Source: Oikopleura dioica
Lineage: Eukaryota; Animalia; Chordata
Length of the DNA: 64,000 nt
Direction of reading: 5' to 3'
Assembly (NCBI GenBank): GCA_907165135.1
Contig: OU015569.1
Span: 930,001 to 994,000 of the forward strand
A model generated the notes under the pieces. It saw only the letters and a list, made by a program, of their open reading frames with translations. It was not told the DNA's origin and made no database searches. The translations under genes were made by a program, and so were the position numbers. This document shows positions 1 to 13,200 of the stretch, in pieces (within the stretch, counting starts at the first letter, position 1; each line of letters opens with the position of its first letter).

Positions 1-109
1 AAATTTTATGAGACGAAAAAGAGTATTTTAGTTGAATAAAATAGATAACATGAATCTTTTAGGTTATAATCTTGATAAGATCAATCATAGGGTTAGGATT
101 AGGGTTAGG

Positions 110-260
110 CTTGACTCGGAAGCCTGTGCGGAAAACCTGAGTCAGGGTCTGAAGGATCTTCAATAAACTGACGCGCAGCGGCTTTTACTAAACAAAGCCG
201 CGTAGCGGCTTTTCATTAGTGATCCTTCAGATCCTGACTCAAGTTTTCTTCACAGGTTGT
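110..260. mobile_element. MITE family A (CTGGGCTCGGCAACCTG...CCTGAGTCAGG TIR), degenerate copy
   Basis: Inverted CCTGAGTCAGGG/CCTGACTCAAG arms around internal AAGCCGCGTAGCGGCTT palindromes. Flanked by TTAGGG-like motifs. Confidence 0.7.
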
Positions 261-715
261 TAGGGATAGGGTTAGGGTGAGAGACTGTAAAAATAAAATT
301 TTCTTTTCTCTCTCTCTTTTTTTTTGGTTGGTTAGAAGATAGGCAAAGAAATCTATAAGCTCTTATGCTCCAGCGTGAAGTAATCTACCGCCAAGAATTA
401 AGATTAGTACTGTCACATTTTCTGAAACACTTTTTATGTCATCTCAAATGTTCCTCATCGTTTGTCGTTTTAAAAACTTGTGTTCTCATGCATTTTGAGT
501 ATTTAGAATTCGTCCAGAGCAAGTTCGAGAAAATCCCACTTGTTCGAGCTGGGAGAAAAGAATGCTCCGTAAAATTCTTGTAAAGTTATTAGCACACCAG
601 TTCTGCGGGCTGCCACATCTGAGAGGAAATTTTTACACAGCTGGGATTTATCGAGAGTTCATTTTCCAGTCGAAGTTCAAAGAAAAAACAAGCTTTTTTC
701 ATGTAACAGTACTAG

Positions 716-848
716 TTGGGCTCGGCAACCTGTGTAAAAAACCTGAGTCAGGGTGTGAAAGTACTTTGATGAAAAGCCGCTACGCGGCTTATAATTAAAG
801 ACGTTTCAGATGCTGAATCAGGTTTTCTACGCAGGCTTCCGAGCTCAA
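716..848. mobile_element. MITE family A copy
   Basis: TTGGGCTCGGCAACCTGTG ... GCAGGCTTCCGAGCTCAA inverted ends. Further half or short copies lie at ~1174-1211, ~2540-2587, 3155-3242 and ~3741-3860. Confidence 0.75.
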
Positions 849-1438
849 ATTTGAATGGAGCATTGAGCAAGTTGAAGTGCTTAAAAAGAAGAAGACGCAG
901 CGACGTGGGAGACGAGGGCATTCTAACGAGCTAGGAACATCAGCGCTTTTCACCTGCTTCGCGAGGACAGGACTCTCGATAATGAAAATATGGATTTTTG
1001 TGGCTGGCGAGCACGTGCTGAATATTTCACAACTCCGGGAACGCTTCAGTGAGAGTGTTACGGCACGCTTACAGATTTCGAGATTAATTCATTCAGAGCT
1101 TGTTTGATTTTGTCTAACTTCCCTTTTTTTATGAAGATTGAATCCAATAATTAGATTTTAATGATCTTTTAAACCCTGACTCAGGCTTTCTACACAGGTC
1201 GCCGAGCCCAGTTGTCGAGTGCAGGTTAGGGTTTGAGCCTTACATGTGGTTTGACTTATCTAAAAAAATAAGGGACAGACGTCTTTTAGAAAGCGCGTTT
1301 GTTGCGAGTAACAAGGCGATCAGGAATTCGAAAATAATCAGAACATGACCCAAAACTCAATCCTTCGTTCCAGCGGTTCAAATCAGCTCCTCTCTCTCAT
1401 ATTCTTACAAATTTTTAAGAAAAACTGCCAATAACACG

Positions 1439-2021
1439 TTAACGCTTGAACGCATATTGCGCAGATTTCTGCGCAGAGCACCTTCCAAGCTCGATAACTC
1501 AACTTTTACTTTATCAAAATTTAAAATGAACACCCACTTTTCGGACTCTTTTTCGATGAGGAATCTAAATCTGTCATCAAAAAAATTTTGTGGCCTCAGG
1601 TTAAAATTTTGGCTTCAGAGCGAAAATTTCCGTCCCTTTTAAATTCTCGAAATTTTCCTTATAAACTGATTCTTTTTTGACGAAATCTGCTAATTTTATT
1701 TTAGTAAAAATAAATCTAAAAGGTATCAAAATGACGATATATTTAAAACTATATCATCTTTTGTATAACAATCGATAAAACTTGAGAAAATGGCATTTTT
1801 TAGGTAATACTTGAAATCACTTGTTTTCGCGAGGTTAAGGTTAGGGTTAGGATTTTAAACTATAATTAGCTTCTTCGCAAGCGTCTGAGCTTCATTTTGG
1901 TAGATTCGGTTTTTTCAAATCTCGACCACAATCGTCGCTACAACGCTCCAAAGGTGCTGCGCAGAAATCTGCGCAATATGCGTTCAGCAGGAAAAAAATT
2001 TCGTGCGTTCATGCGTTAATA
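1439..2021. mobile_element. Non-coding TIR element
   Basis: ~38 bp inverted repeat TGAACGCATATTGCGCAGATTTCTGCGCAG (1448-1486) / CTGCGCAGAAATCTGCGCAATATGCGTTCA (~1957-1986). Outer TTAACGC(T/A)TGAACGCA inverted pair. Confidence 0.6.
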
Positions 2022-3394
2022 AGGAGAATTCAAATCAGAAAAAGCGCAAGAATTCTAGTGAGAAATTCTTACAGCGCCGTTATCACTCTTTTCTCTCTTT
2101 TTAGAAGAAGACAAGTATCCGGCGCTCTTGGCTCTCAAGGAAAAGATTGGCCGCCTAATTGTAATTGCCCAGGATGAAGAGGTTGAACTGCCCAGAAAAA
2201 ATGAGTTTGGAAACAAAAGCTACGTATGCGGTCAATTTTTGTTTTGCATACGTGTGCTGATGTGGGGTAATAACCCGCGAGTTTAATTTAATAACACGCT
2301 CGATTTTGGGATTTTACGAACCCAAAATATTTTTTCCAGGTTTCATCAAAGAACTAGAACGACTTGAAGGAAATTTTTATTCAAATTTTAGACGAGTAGA
2401 AGAATTAAAAAAAAAATTTATTTTTTATTATTTAAAATTTTTTTTATTAAAATAAAAAAATTATGATTAATTATTTATTTCGTTAATTGATTATTTTGGC
2501 GAAGCCACTTTGCGGCTTTGTCTTAAAAAAAAGCCGGTCTTCAGTCAGGACCTGACTCAGGATTTCTACACAGGTTGCCGAGCCCAGCCGCGAAGTCAAT
2601 AATTACGTGGCGACAAAACTTCCTCTTTTGCCGTTGAAGTGGGCATCTCAGTGTGAACGGCTGGTATCTCTATTATTATTATTATTAAGGATGATGCGGT
2701 ATCGGATGCGTTGCATAAGAAAGAAAAGCAAGAAGCACGTGGTGAATGCAGGAGAAACAATCATGTCCACGTCCGACGCTGCATTCGAGCTGCTTTAACC
2801 CAATCAGCCAGCTTGAGCGACAAGAACTGCAGAAAAAAATGAAGGGGCATGCAAGTTCCTGCGAGCAAGTATTTACGAATAATTGGGTCATTCTCAGAAT
2901 TCTTGATTTGCGAGACTTGATTTTGGAATGGCGGAGACATTCTATGTTCGACCAAAACGAATGGCCGTCTGGCTGAATCCGCAAAAGGTCGTTCTCGCGC
3001 TAACATCTCGACCACCGCCAGGTTATAATTTAAAAACACTTCTGAGCTCATCGTGGTAATGACGCTAGCGTCGTAAACGATGTTCCAAGTTTGAAATCGT
3101 TATTATCTTTTTTCAAATTCGATTTTTCCGAACTTGAAAAAAAGATTTTTAGATCTGGACTCGGCAACCTGTGAAGAAAACCTGCTTCAGGAGTTCTTTG
3201 AAGACCCTGACTCAGGTTTTCTACACAGGTTGCCGAGCCCAGACCCTTAACCTAACCCTTGATGCTGAGCACTCTTTTTTTAGCTGTTTAATTTGTTGCA
3301 ATTGTTGTGCGATTTTTTGAGTTTGCGTTGTTTGCGCATCGCGCCTCACGTTTTATTCGTTTATCTATCCCTCTCGAGCATTTTTAATTCGAGC

Positions 3395-4598
3395 ATGGAG
3401 GAAGCCGTGGTCGACACCACCACCACAGCACCGTCTACTGTTCCGCAGGTAGAGAAGAAGGAGCGTGAGAGAAAAGGGAAAATTTCGAGAAATTGAAATC
3501 TTATCGCAAAAGTGTCGCCTTTTTTTGGAAAATTTCGAGATGCGGCAATTTAGCACTCGCACTTCACTTGATGGTTTAGAAACAGCGCTGGACTTCCGAC
3601 TACTGCTGCCCGTGTCGTGGCGAGCACGACCAGATTTCTTGCCTTATTGGCTGCTGTCTCCCTTATTACTACCACGGAAAGCACAATAACAAGCCACTGG
3701 ATTCTTAAATGAGTTTCTTGAGCTTTGATTAAAAGTAGAGCTCGGGAACCTGGGTAGAAAACCTGAGTCAGGTTCTGAAGGTGGTTAATCCTTACGCGGC
3801 TTTTCCTCAAAGTCCCTTCAGAACTAACCTCAAGTTTTCTACACAAGTTTTCGAGCCGAGCAGTAGAGAATCAAGGATAAGTATGAAGGACGTAGCAAAG
3901 GATTATCCGCTGCTTGTTGCTGGCTCTTCTCTGCCGACGTGTTGGAATGCGCAGGCTTTGCAGGGGTATGACAATGACCTTGATTATATCGTCGTCAAGA
4001 GAACGATCTTAGACATTCTTTCTCGGCCACGGCTGCTGCGGCTGCTGCGGCAATCCCTTCTTCTATATTGGCTTTCCAATAACGATGCTTTTCACATCAC
4101 TTTTCAAAGCTTGTCTTACTAAAGCGTCGGCTCGGCAACCTGTGTTGAAAACCTGAGTCAGGTCTCTACTGAAAACCCACGAGATCTTTCAGCCCCTGAC
4201 TCAGGTTTTCAACACAGGTTGCCGAGCCCAGACCAAAGCTACTTATTCCAAAATGGTCGAAGAAAGAAACATTGGCGAAAAAAGCGCCACCACGTGGATG
4301 AAACTATTTTTATGCTCCAGAGCCTTTGTTGTTCAAGCACAACTTGATCTGAAAGAGGTAGGAAAATACGAATTTTACGCACGTTCTTTTTTGGCTTGAG
4401 AAGGATCCAAGTCGAGCCAGAAGAAGAAACCTATTTAGCTCATAATCGCATGCAAACACTTCCGTTTAGAAAGATACAAAAGGCTTTGGAAAAGCAGAAG
4501 TGGTCACGGAACAACCGCAGGACTTCACGAAAGCTGCCACCGATGCAGTCGCCAAGTCCGTTATCGAGCAACTCAATCCTTTTAGTTCTGACAAATGA
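3395..4598 (+). CDS. Multi-exon Cys-rich protein, PLAC8/cornifelin-like
   Basis: Exon translations QRWTSDYCCPCRGEHDQISCLIGCCLP and GHGCCGCCGNPFF resemble the PLAC8 W-x-x-x-x-C-C...CLxGCxxP pattern. Exon boundaries are approximate. Confidence 0.4.
4126..4231. mobile_element. MITE family A copy with near-perfect 8 bp TSD
   Basis: Flanks ACTAAAGC / ACCAAAGC around intact TIRs. Confidence 0.8.
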
Positions 4599-4872
4599 AA
4601 TAAAACAAATTCCATTTGCACGCCGCGTGCTCCAGCGCACCACTTCAAGAAAAGCTTTCAAAATACAATTCAAAAATTATGCAATTTATTGAATATTTTT
4701 TGACCAAAAATCTTCTTAAAAAATTTCATTTGAATCAATATTATTGAAGTATCTAATTATTATTCAAGTATCTAATAGATACTTGAAGGAAAAATAGGAA
4801 ATAAATGAATGAAATCAGTTTTTTTTTTATTTTTATTCATTTCTTTCGAATTATCAGTTTTACAGAGGTTGC

Positions 4873-5076
4873 TTAGAGAATGATGTTGTTCAGTAGAGCT
4901 TGATGGCCTGATCGAAATGCTCCTTCATAAGTTCCTGAATCGCGTAAATTGTCTCCTCGATCTCCAATGCAGTCGTCGATCAGTTCAAAGAAAAAATATA
5001 CAGCGATGCATTTCAACATCGCTATGAAAGTCGCACCAGCAAAAAGAACAATCAATATTATATAAAGTGCATCCAT
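4873..5076 (-). pseudogene. Truncated paralog of the adjacent TM-RING gene
   Basis: N-terminal hydrophobic segment, no RING. The 3' end shares ATCAAGCTCTACTGAACAACAT with the RING gene (DQAIKLY* in another frame). Upstream flanks at ~5145-5225 and ~5825-5900 are also duplicated. Confidence 0.5.
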
Positions 5077-5279
5077 GATGAAATTTTCTTTGCTCTTATT
5101 TTTTTGATAAATTCATTTTTCTGACTTCGCTTTTATTTACGAATGCTCTCGAGCACCGACTGTTTATGATATTTCTGAGCTGATTGCTATAATTCTTGAT
5201 ATTCAGCGAAAATAAATGAGAAATTTTTGGAGAGTTTTCAGTGTGATAGAGACAAGTGTTGCTGAGGGGAAAATGTTGT

Positions 5280-5747
5280 TCAGTAGAGCTTGATGATCTG
5301 GTCGTTGGTGAAAGGCTTTCGACAAATTGGACAGGAAGAAAGACGGTTCAAGCAATCGTTGCAAAAGCGATGGCCACAGGGAAGAGTGCATTCTTGACAA
5401 TCGTTACCATTGAAGACTTGAAAGCAAATCGGGCAAGAAGAGGGGTTTTGCTGTGTCTGTTCTTTTGTATTAACTTCCTGGCTTTTCTGCTTTTCAAAGG
5501 AGTTCAGGCGGCTTGGTTCCTGTTGAGCTTTCACTTGTCTCTGATGTTCCACTTTGAGTATTGCTTCTTCTTTCTCTTCGTCTAGTTGATTTTCTTGCCC
5601 ATCTTCTCTACAGCGCTCGAACAATCCGTAACAACAAGCGATGAGAGTCACGCATACCAAAATTACGAATCCAGTCGTATCTTCGTGTATCACTGGGCTT
5701 GCGGTAGTGGAGAAATGAGCCCAATCCCCGTCCATTTCGTAACTCAT
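5280..5747 (-). CDS. Single-pass membrane RING-HC (C3HC4) finger protein, probable E3 ligase
   Basis: CPIC...LPCGHRFCNDC...CPICRK, with hydrophobic segment GFVILVCVTLIACCYGLF. Intronless, 155 aa. Confidence 0.85.
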   Translation of the reverse strand: MSYEMDGDWAHFSTTASPVIHEDTTGFVILVCVTLIACCYGLFERCREDGQENQLDEEKEEAILKVEHQRQVKAQQEPSRLNSFEKQKSQEVNTKEQTQQNPSSCPICFQVFNGNDCQECTLPCGHRFCNDCLNRLSSCPICRKPFTNDQIIKLY

Positions 5748-6271
5748 GGTGAAAGCTTTGCTCTTATTTTGATACTGATTTTATTTTGACTTCCCTAGGG
5801 GATGTTCACTTATATTTACGAGAGCTCTTGAGCACCATCTGTTTACGATATTTCTGAGCTGATTGCTTTAATTTTTGATTTTCAACGAAAATAATTGAAA
5901 AATTATCCCTTTTACCAAGTGATAATGATCGAATCCAATATGAAATTGCCGAAAATTTTACTGAAATTCGCGGTTATTTGGAATTATTTGGAAAATAAAA
6001 TTTACTCAATAGAAAACTTGATTCGTATGCGAAAAACTGCTGGACGGCGGTGTTATTTGTTCTAGCGTTGTCGCTCTGCATAATCAAGAAAGGGACTGAA
6101 TTACTCAGCAGGAAACTCGAAATGCGTGTTGGTTCACTTACACTTAATTATTCAACCGCACAAACAGATTATGAATGAAATGATCGTTCAGGAATTGATG
6201 GAATTGCGATGGAACCTTTCAAAATAAGCAAGCAACGCTTCTTCTGAGCAACATCAGTCTTATTTACTTAA

Positions 6272-6951
6272 GGGGGTCCCCCACGATTTTTACATTTTTC
6301 GAATTCTAGATTTTTCTCTTCAGATTTGAATTCCTCATGCAAAAAGCTTCAAAAAGGTCCCTAGCTTTTTTCGATTGTTTTAGAAAAAAGTGTCCAAAAT
6401 TGACCTTGAAGTGGCCAATTTTGATGTATTTGCATGGAAATTAAAAAATCAACCCTTATTTACAGTTGTCTAAAGTACAAATATGGCACATTTTTAGAAA
6501 GGCTATGAGCTCAACTTTCTATTTATGTCCGAAAATATGGGTTTGGGTAATGCCCGGAAGGCAATTCGCATGGTTGAAATTTCAAAAATCGTACATTATT
6601 TTGATCGTCTTCGTTACATTATCATTTTTTGGAATTTGAAAAAACTGAGATACGCTTCACTAGATTAGCGTTAGACCTTTTAGAAACCACAGGAAAAAAA
6701 TAAATTGTTTCCTAAATTTTTGGAGTAAATCTCGTTCAAAAAGTACCCAAAAACGCGATTTTGCGCGAGATGGTTACCTTCTCGGCGCTCTAGCGCCGAA
6801 TGTGATTGGATTAAAAAAAATTTGAGACACGCTTCACTAGATCTAAGAATGATCTAGTTGTACGAAAAAAAATTTTTGAAAAATCTAAGTCCGTGACGCC
6901 GTGAGCGCCGTTTGAAAATCGCTCATTTCGGAAAAATCGTTGGGGACCCCC
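6272..6951. mobile_element. Non-autonomous TIR element with TTAA TSD (Kolobok-like termini)
   Basis: TTAA|GGGGGTCCCCCACGATTTT ... AAAAATCGTTGGGGACCCCC|TTAA. No ORF. Confidence 0.8.
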
Positions 6952-7534
6952 TTAAATAAGGGGCAAGGGAATGTGTAGTTCTAGTCGGGTGCTGCCATTT
7001 CCGTTTCGGACTTTTCGATTTTCCGGAACGTTGAAATTTATGGCGATGTCACCACTGGCAGCGAAAGTTTTGCTCCATAACATCAAAGGAGCAGCAGATC
7101 CAACACGCTCCTCTTCGTCAGCCAACTGAACTTTGCTTGCTCGTAAAAACGCGATCATCATATGCTCGACGTTTGGATAATGCCGAATTCCGAAATTAAA
7201 TGAGATAAGAAGAAATAGGAGATGACCTTGCTCCAGATTTCTTAAAAAAAGAGTTCAATTCTTGAGAGAAAAATGAAGGAGAGAGTATGTTCCGGTTACT
7301 GTCCTGATATTTGTACTTTTTGCTATTGGGTTGATAATGGTTGTAGCAATCAGTTTTTCATGTGTAATGAGACATACGGCGTTCAGGAAAGAATTCAAAT
7401 GATCGAAATATTTTCTATCTTGCTTATGAATTTATTGCATTTCCTCTAAGACTCAAGAGTGCCCCGGCGACCAAGTTTTATTTTTCAGGAAAAAGATTAA
7501 TCTTAGTTCATTTTTGTCTTTTTGAAGAATTATA

Positions 7535-8272
7535 ATGAATCTTAGAAACAGAGATCCGGAAGATATTGAAGGAAATGTAACTGAAATTCCTGGCTATTTT
7601 GAATGCGGATTGAATAAAATTTGTGGAAGATATGATGAATATTGCGATGACCCCACCACGAAAACTTCTACCACAACTACATTTACCACACATTTAATTA
7701 CAACGATTTTATCGACTTCAGAAGCGCTTACAACTGTTTTGTTCCAAGACTCGTTATCCACAGTTCCAAGCGAAGAACCAACTACTGATGCTATATTTTC
7801 TTCAACATTTTTCTCCTCAACTTCAATTTTCGATCTTACAACGTTTCTTCCGACAATTGCATCAACTTTTCCTGAATTCACGACAACGCCATTTTATTCA
7901 ACCAAAGCCACGGAAAAGTACGAAACAACAACAGAAGATGTCACAACGCGTCCACTTTCGCTGCCAACAACAGCTCAAAGTTCCAGCGGGGTTGAGACTC
8001 TTTCAACGTTTTCGTTTGCGACCACAGGGGCAACCGCTGATTATTCAGGGACGACCGCAGAAACGTCGACGACAGCTGAAACGATGACGACAGGGATTGT
8101 AGAAACAGGTAAACATCCTCTTGACGCTAAACAGACACAAACGTTGATTTGGTATCATTCCAGATTTATTTTTTATATCTACTATCGAATAAGACGATTC
8201 TCTGAAGCCTGCTCGCTACGTGGACTACTAGCTGAATTATTTGTAGTTTATAGTACTCTGAGCCAGCTATAG
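7535..8272 (+). CDS. Thr/Ser-rich mucin-like exon of a multi-exon gene
   Basis: 245-codon ORF dominated by T/S, with a small Cys motif (FECGLNKICGRYDEYCDD). Likely donor near 8108. Confidence 0.55.
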   Translation: MNLRNRDPEDIEGNVTEIPGYFECGLNKICGRYDEYCDDPTTKTSTTTTFTTHLITTILSTSEALTTVLFQDSLSTVPSEEPTTDAIFSSTFFSSTSIFDLTTFLPTIASTFPEFTTTPFYSTKATEKYETTTEDVTTRPLSLPTTAQSSSGVETLSTFSFATTGATADYSGTTAETSTTAETMTTGIVETGKHPLDAKQTQTLIWYHSRFIFYIYYRIRRFSEACSLRGLLAELFVVYSTLSQL

Positions 8273-9081
8273 CGCTGCATCTGTGAATGATGAATTTGTT
8301 AGAATTAGATATGCAACGTTTGATAACACAACTGCTTCGCGTCAGCTCGCTCATTGAATAAGCTAGTGTATCACTTCTACTCTTACAGTACCTTGCTACT
8401 GAAAGCAAGCAAGATTCCGATAGCTTGACATAGCAGGCCTTTGCCCGAGATTTGAAGCTGTTCGCCACGGATGGCGAACAGCTTAACCGGTCAGCCAATC
8501 ACAAGACAGGATTCTCATAGTGGCGGCGCAACCCCGGAATTGAGTCTGCTATCATTGGTATAATCCTGACGATTTTTCATGCAAAATCTCCGAATGGGGG
8601 TATGCTTTTAGCGATAACACATTTTTAACCCTTATTTTCATGATTATTTGGTCGCTCATTTTCATGGTATAATCATTAGATGCTAGAAAACTTAGCTCCT
8701 CATCCGATAGATTATGTAATTAATTATTATCTCATTATTTTCAAATTAAGTTTCAAGTAATTTCTGAATTAGATTCCAAGATAAAGCGGATGAGCTACTT
8801 GGGCAATCGTATTTTCTTTTATGTTATTTTTTGTCTGGGCGGGTACTAAAACTCGCCATGTTCTCGCGTTTCATTTAGCATTCATGATGGCTGCTAGTTC
8901 CCTCAAAACACGCTCAGTACCCGGATACTGCATGTTTCGATATCCGCCTTTCTTTATTCATCTGGCGCATGAATAGTTAAACTCACTTCTGAGCAACTGG
9001 TGGCGACACATCGCCCCTTAATCTTTCCACTTTCTGAAGGTCAAAATTATCAAAAAGGAGAAAAAGGAGAAGAACCATTTT

Positions 9082-10170
9082 TTGAGATTTGAAAACGAGA
9101 GATTTCCGATTATGGGGCCACCGAAAGTGCAATTCGGTCGGTCCAGAAGAAAAGCTCCAAAGGAACACGGAAGGAAGAGAAAGCTAAGAAGGCTGGAAAA
9201 GCAAGAGAGACGCGAAAAGAAGCTAAATGAGAACAAAGAAAAGAGAGTTATGCAGGAAATGCTAGAGAAGACCTGGGAAGAGTTCGAGAAGAGCCTCAAC
9301 ATCCAAGAAAAGAAGAATCACCAGAGCAGAATGTTCGGGAACGATTTGAAGGAAATGGAGGGCTCTGGTGGCTCGATTCAACGCTCTTTCGGGTTCCAAG
9401 AAGGCTCTGGAAACACGGGATTCTCTGCCGAGCCGATTATTACTGTCGATTTTGAAGACAACGAAGACTTTGGTGGCGTCGATGAGGTTGTAGAAGAGCC
9501 GCCGACAAACACTCCGATTCCCATTCATCAGGGCTCAACACCGTATTGGGCAACAATTCCTGGAAATAGCGGCTCTCAATCTAGCGAAAATACCGGCTCA
9601 GACTCAATCAATCATAGTAATTACTACTTTCCATTTTTCTTGAAAACAACTAAATAAAGATAAATTTCTTTTTTCTTTTCATCATTTTTTGAATCAAAAA
9701 TGATCAAAAGTGCTGGATTAAGATTTTGTTTCAGAATCAACAACGCCGATTCCAACGACAACAACAAAGACACTCTCCTCCTCCTCATCCTTTTCCACGC
9801 TGGTCTCGACCCTAACACTCACAACCAGCACCTTCTCAGATCAATCAAGCACGCAAGAAGAACTAGGCGAAGATCCCCCAATCCTGGGAAAATCACTTGT
9901 GGCAGTTATTATTCCAACAATTATGTTTCTCGTTGCAGTGGCAATTTTGTTCGTCATGTTTGGAAACCGAAAAGCTAGTGAAATCAAGCCCATGAAGAAA
10001 TTTGCCCAAGATGAGCCGGGGTCAAATTACGATAAGGTTTGTCTGAAAATTCATTTTCATTATTTATAATTTTAGTGGGACCATGAAATGGCACCAGGCC
10101 ACGTGAATCCAAGCTACTACAATCCAAACTTCTTGTTACGTAAGTTTTTTAAGCACTTTTCAACTAAATA
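9082..10170 (+). CDS. Single-pass type I membrane protein with Ser/Thr-rich ectodomain (possibly the same gene as 7535-8272)
   Basis: Exons at ~9082-9600 and ~9735-10035 (TTPIPTTTTKT...LVAVIIPTIMFLVAVAILFVMFG TM segment), then a short cytoplasmic tail. Confidence 0.5.
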
Positions 10171-10249
10171 AACAAAAAAAAAGACTATTGTAATTTTAGT
10201 ATTAATAATAAATAGAACCAACAATCGAGTGATACTACTATTAACTATT

Positions 10250-13200
10250 TCAGCGACTGTAACAGCACAGATTGACGAGCAGACTGGTCCAAGCTCGATC
10301 ATTGATGTTCCAGGCTCGGCGCAGCTTAGGTAAGCAGCACTAACGTGGCAAGCACAGACGATAAGAAAACATTTTCTCATCGGTTCACTCTTTTCTTATT
10401 CACTAACTCTCGATTGCTTGATTTTTGATTGCTCACATTTTGTTTTGACAGCACGAAAGACATTTCTGAAAATAACGATTTCTCACTCGATGATTTGCCA
10501 TCTGTCTTCTCCTCCGAGTCAGACAAGAAAACGATCAGTTCAAATCATCTGGACAAAGTGAAAGGTAAAGTCTTCTTCGCTTCTGTAAGTGACCGTTCTT
10601 CCCAAGCGAACTTGCGGAAGAGCTTCACGGAAACAGTTGGCACGGACTCGTCGACAATCAAAGTCGACAGCATTTCCATCAACTCGGACATCTTCAAGAA
10701 GGACCAGAAAGAAGCTGGCTACATTTCTGAAAGCTGCGAGATCGCGAAAGCTTTCGAGAAAGTAAAAGGACGTTCGATCAAAGAGCGAGATGTGGATGTT
10801 GACAGCATTCCTGAAGGTAAACAAAGAAAGTAAAACAGATAAAAATTCGATTCATAGAAGAAGGGAATGATGACGTTGTGATGGACTCTGCGCCATGTTC
10901 GGATGTTCAAATGATCGTCGAAAAAGAAACAAAGAAGGAAACAAGCAAGAAAAAGACAAGCAAGCACGCAAATAAAAACATCGCCGAAAAAGTGAAAAAC
11001 GCTAAAAAGTGGCTTGCCAAAGCGAAATCGGACAGTCTTCTTGTCACGGACTCGGAAAGCGAGTACAGACGGCGAAATCGCGAAAAGGGAAAAATGCTTC
11101 CTCGAATGGAAGATCTGAGCGAGGTGGAAGGCGTGAAGCCGAAAGTGCAAAGGAGAAAATCGGTGAAAGAACGGAACAAAAAGGCGAGCAAAAATTCGAA
11201 CTCGAGTCTGACAAATTCGGCGACGACCCAAAGTCAAACTCGCACTCTCTTGAAAACAAAGAAAAACGATACTTCTGCGGATATTCATACTTCTGTGTTG
11301 GATAGCACCACTGGGAAGACAACAACCGATCCAACGACATTGTCGACTCACGGAACGACAGACACTGGAACCACACGAACCACGAGCTGGACTGGAAACG
11401 ATCAAAGCTTTTTCTCGGGAACTGAGACAGGAACAGGAACGAAAACGGGAACAACATTGACTATTACCGCTTCAACGACGATGACGAGCTCGAGGACTGA
11501 TTTGATGACTTCATCAAGTATGACCAGAACAACCGAAACATTCACGCAAACGGAAACTGAAACAGAAACCGAAGCAACAACTCAACGATCACGTGACGAA
11601 ACTAGCGAGACTGAGACAAGAACGCACAGTTTTTCAAAAGGTGAATTTCAATTTCAAGCAAAACAAGCTTTATAACTTCATTTTTTCAGTAGACGAAACG
11701 GACTACTCCAGATCCCGAGATGAGATTTCTCATTCTAACTCTGGAAGCAAAAACTACACTGCGACAGATTACACAGAGCCAACTGTGGTCAATACGACAG
11801 ACTGGTCTAAATCGGGCCTAAATCAGTACTCAAAATCGTACTCTGACATTTCGAAGCAAAACTCTTATTCTGAGAAATACTCAAGCGATGAACGGGTTCG
11901 AGGATATTCGACTGGATCAAAGGGGGCCTATTCGAGTACCCTGTCCACAAACGATTTGCGCAGATCGCAAGGATACTACTACTCCATGCAAAACGAAAAA
12001 ATCGAGGAAGACGAGCGCTCACGGACCTACGAGCTGAGCAACCTGTCACAAACTGATCTAAGCAAGTACGATCATTCAGAGCTTACAAGGTCGAATACGA
12101 AGATAACAGATTACGATACAAGCTCTCGAAGATCAGGCTCACCGAGATATTCTGTTTCTCGCTCAAGATCTCGCACATCCCGATCCTCCAGATCCCGCTC
12201 CTCCAGTTCATCATCATCATCCTCATCTTCATCTTCATCATCATCCTCCAGTTCATCATCATCATCGAGATCGTCAAGTTGCTCCGATTCTCAACTTTCA
12301 AAAAGCGGAAAGTCCGGCAAAACCGAATATTCCCGCCGATCGTATGAGAAAAATCGCGCAAGAGTTCGAAGAGCTCGCGTTCAACACGGAAATCATCGCG
12401 AAAAAATTCTCAGAGGTCCAGTTCGAAGAAATCCCACGATGAGACCAATTTAGCCGCACCAACTCACGATCCAACCGACGTTTCTCTTTCAACCTTCCCG
12501 GAAATTTCAATCACTGAAGCGGAAAATACAAGCGCAGAAATGGCTCCAGCAAAGAGCCCCGAAAAAGCACGTAAAAAGGCAGACAAAGAGACATTGTCAG
12601 TAAAGAAAATTGAAACCAAGAAAAGTAAAAAGTCGCGAAAATCGCCGACCCAGTTGGAATTGAAAATGTCCGATTTTATGGACGAGCTCGAGGAGGTCCT
12701 TTCTGAAATGTCGGAGCGCTCCGACGCCGAGTGTCAGCGAGAAGTTTCGAGAATTCCAGTGCGAAAAATGCTCTCTACTTTTGAAAGCGAAATCAACGAG
12801 CGACCTCGTCGATTTCGGCAGCATCCTGTCATTGGAGCAAAGGCGAAGCGTTCCTCGACGAGGAGTAAACGCGTTTCTCAAAAGTCGCCGGAAAGTTTTT
12901 CGGAAAAAGTGGAGCGTTTCACGACTGATGGTTCAACCTCGAAATCTCCTCGTAAAATGTCCTTTGGCGGTCGGACTCCCGTCGGAAGCAGGATGAAGTC
13001 GTATTTGGGAACTCAAACGAGCGGCTCTGGAGAGCAGCTTAACTCACGCACATTTGCCAAGGTCTCCTACGACCAATACACTTCGGTGTTCAATTCTGAT
13101 CACACGAGCACAGCACCTTCTATCACTCAAACACCAAGTTTCACAAACACAACCGCACAGACCACCACAACAACCACGAACAGCAGCAACACAAATAACA

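Noticed and set aside
877-2410. Coding-like exons (for example EDKYPALLALKEKIGRLIVIAQDEEVELPRK at ~2105-2222)
   Set aside because: Probably part of a gene, but no start, stop or domain could be established.
2685-3051. Degenerate RING-like pattern (LACPFIFFCSSC...W...C) on the minus strand
   Set aside because: The His ligand and the first Cys pair are missing, and overlapping ORFs on both strands are equally plausible. Cannot be supported.
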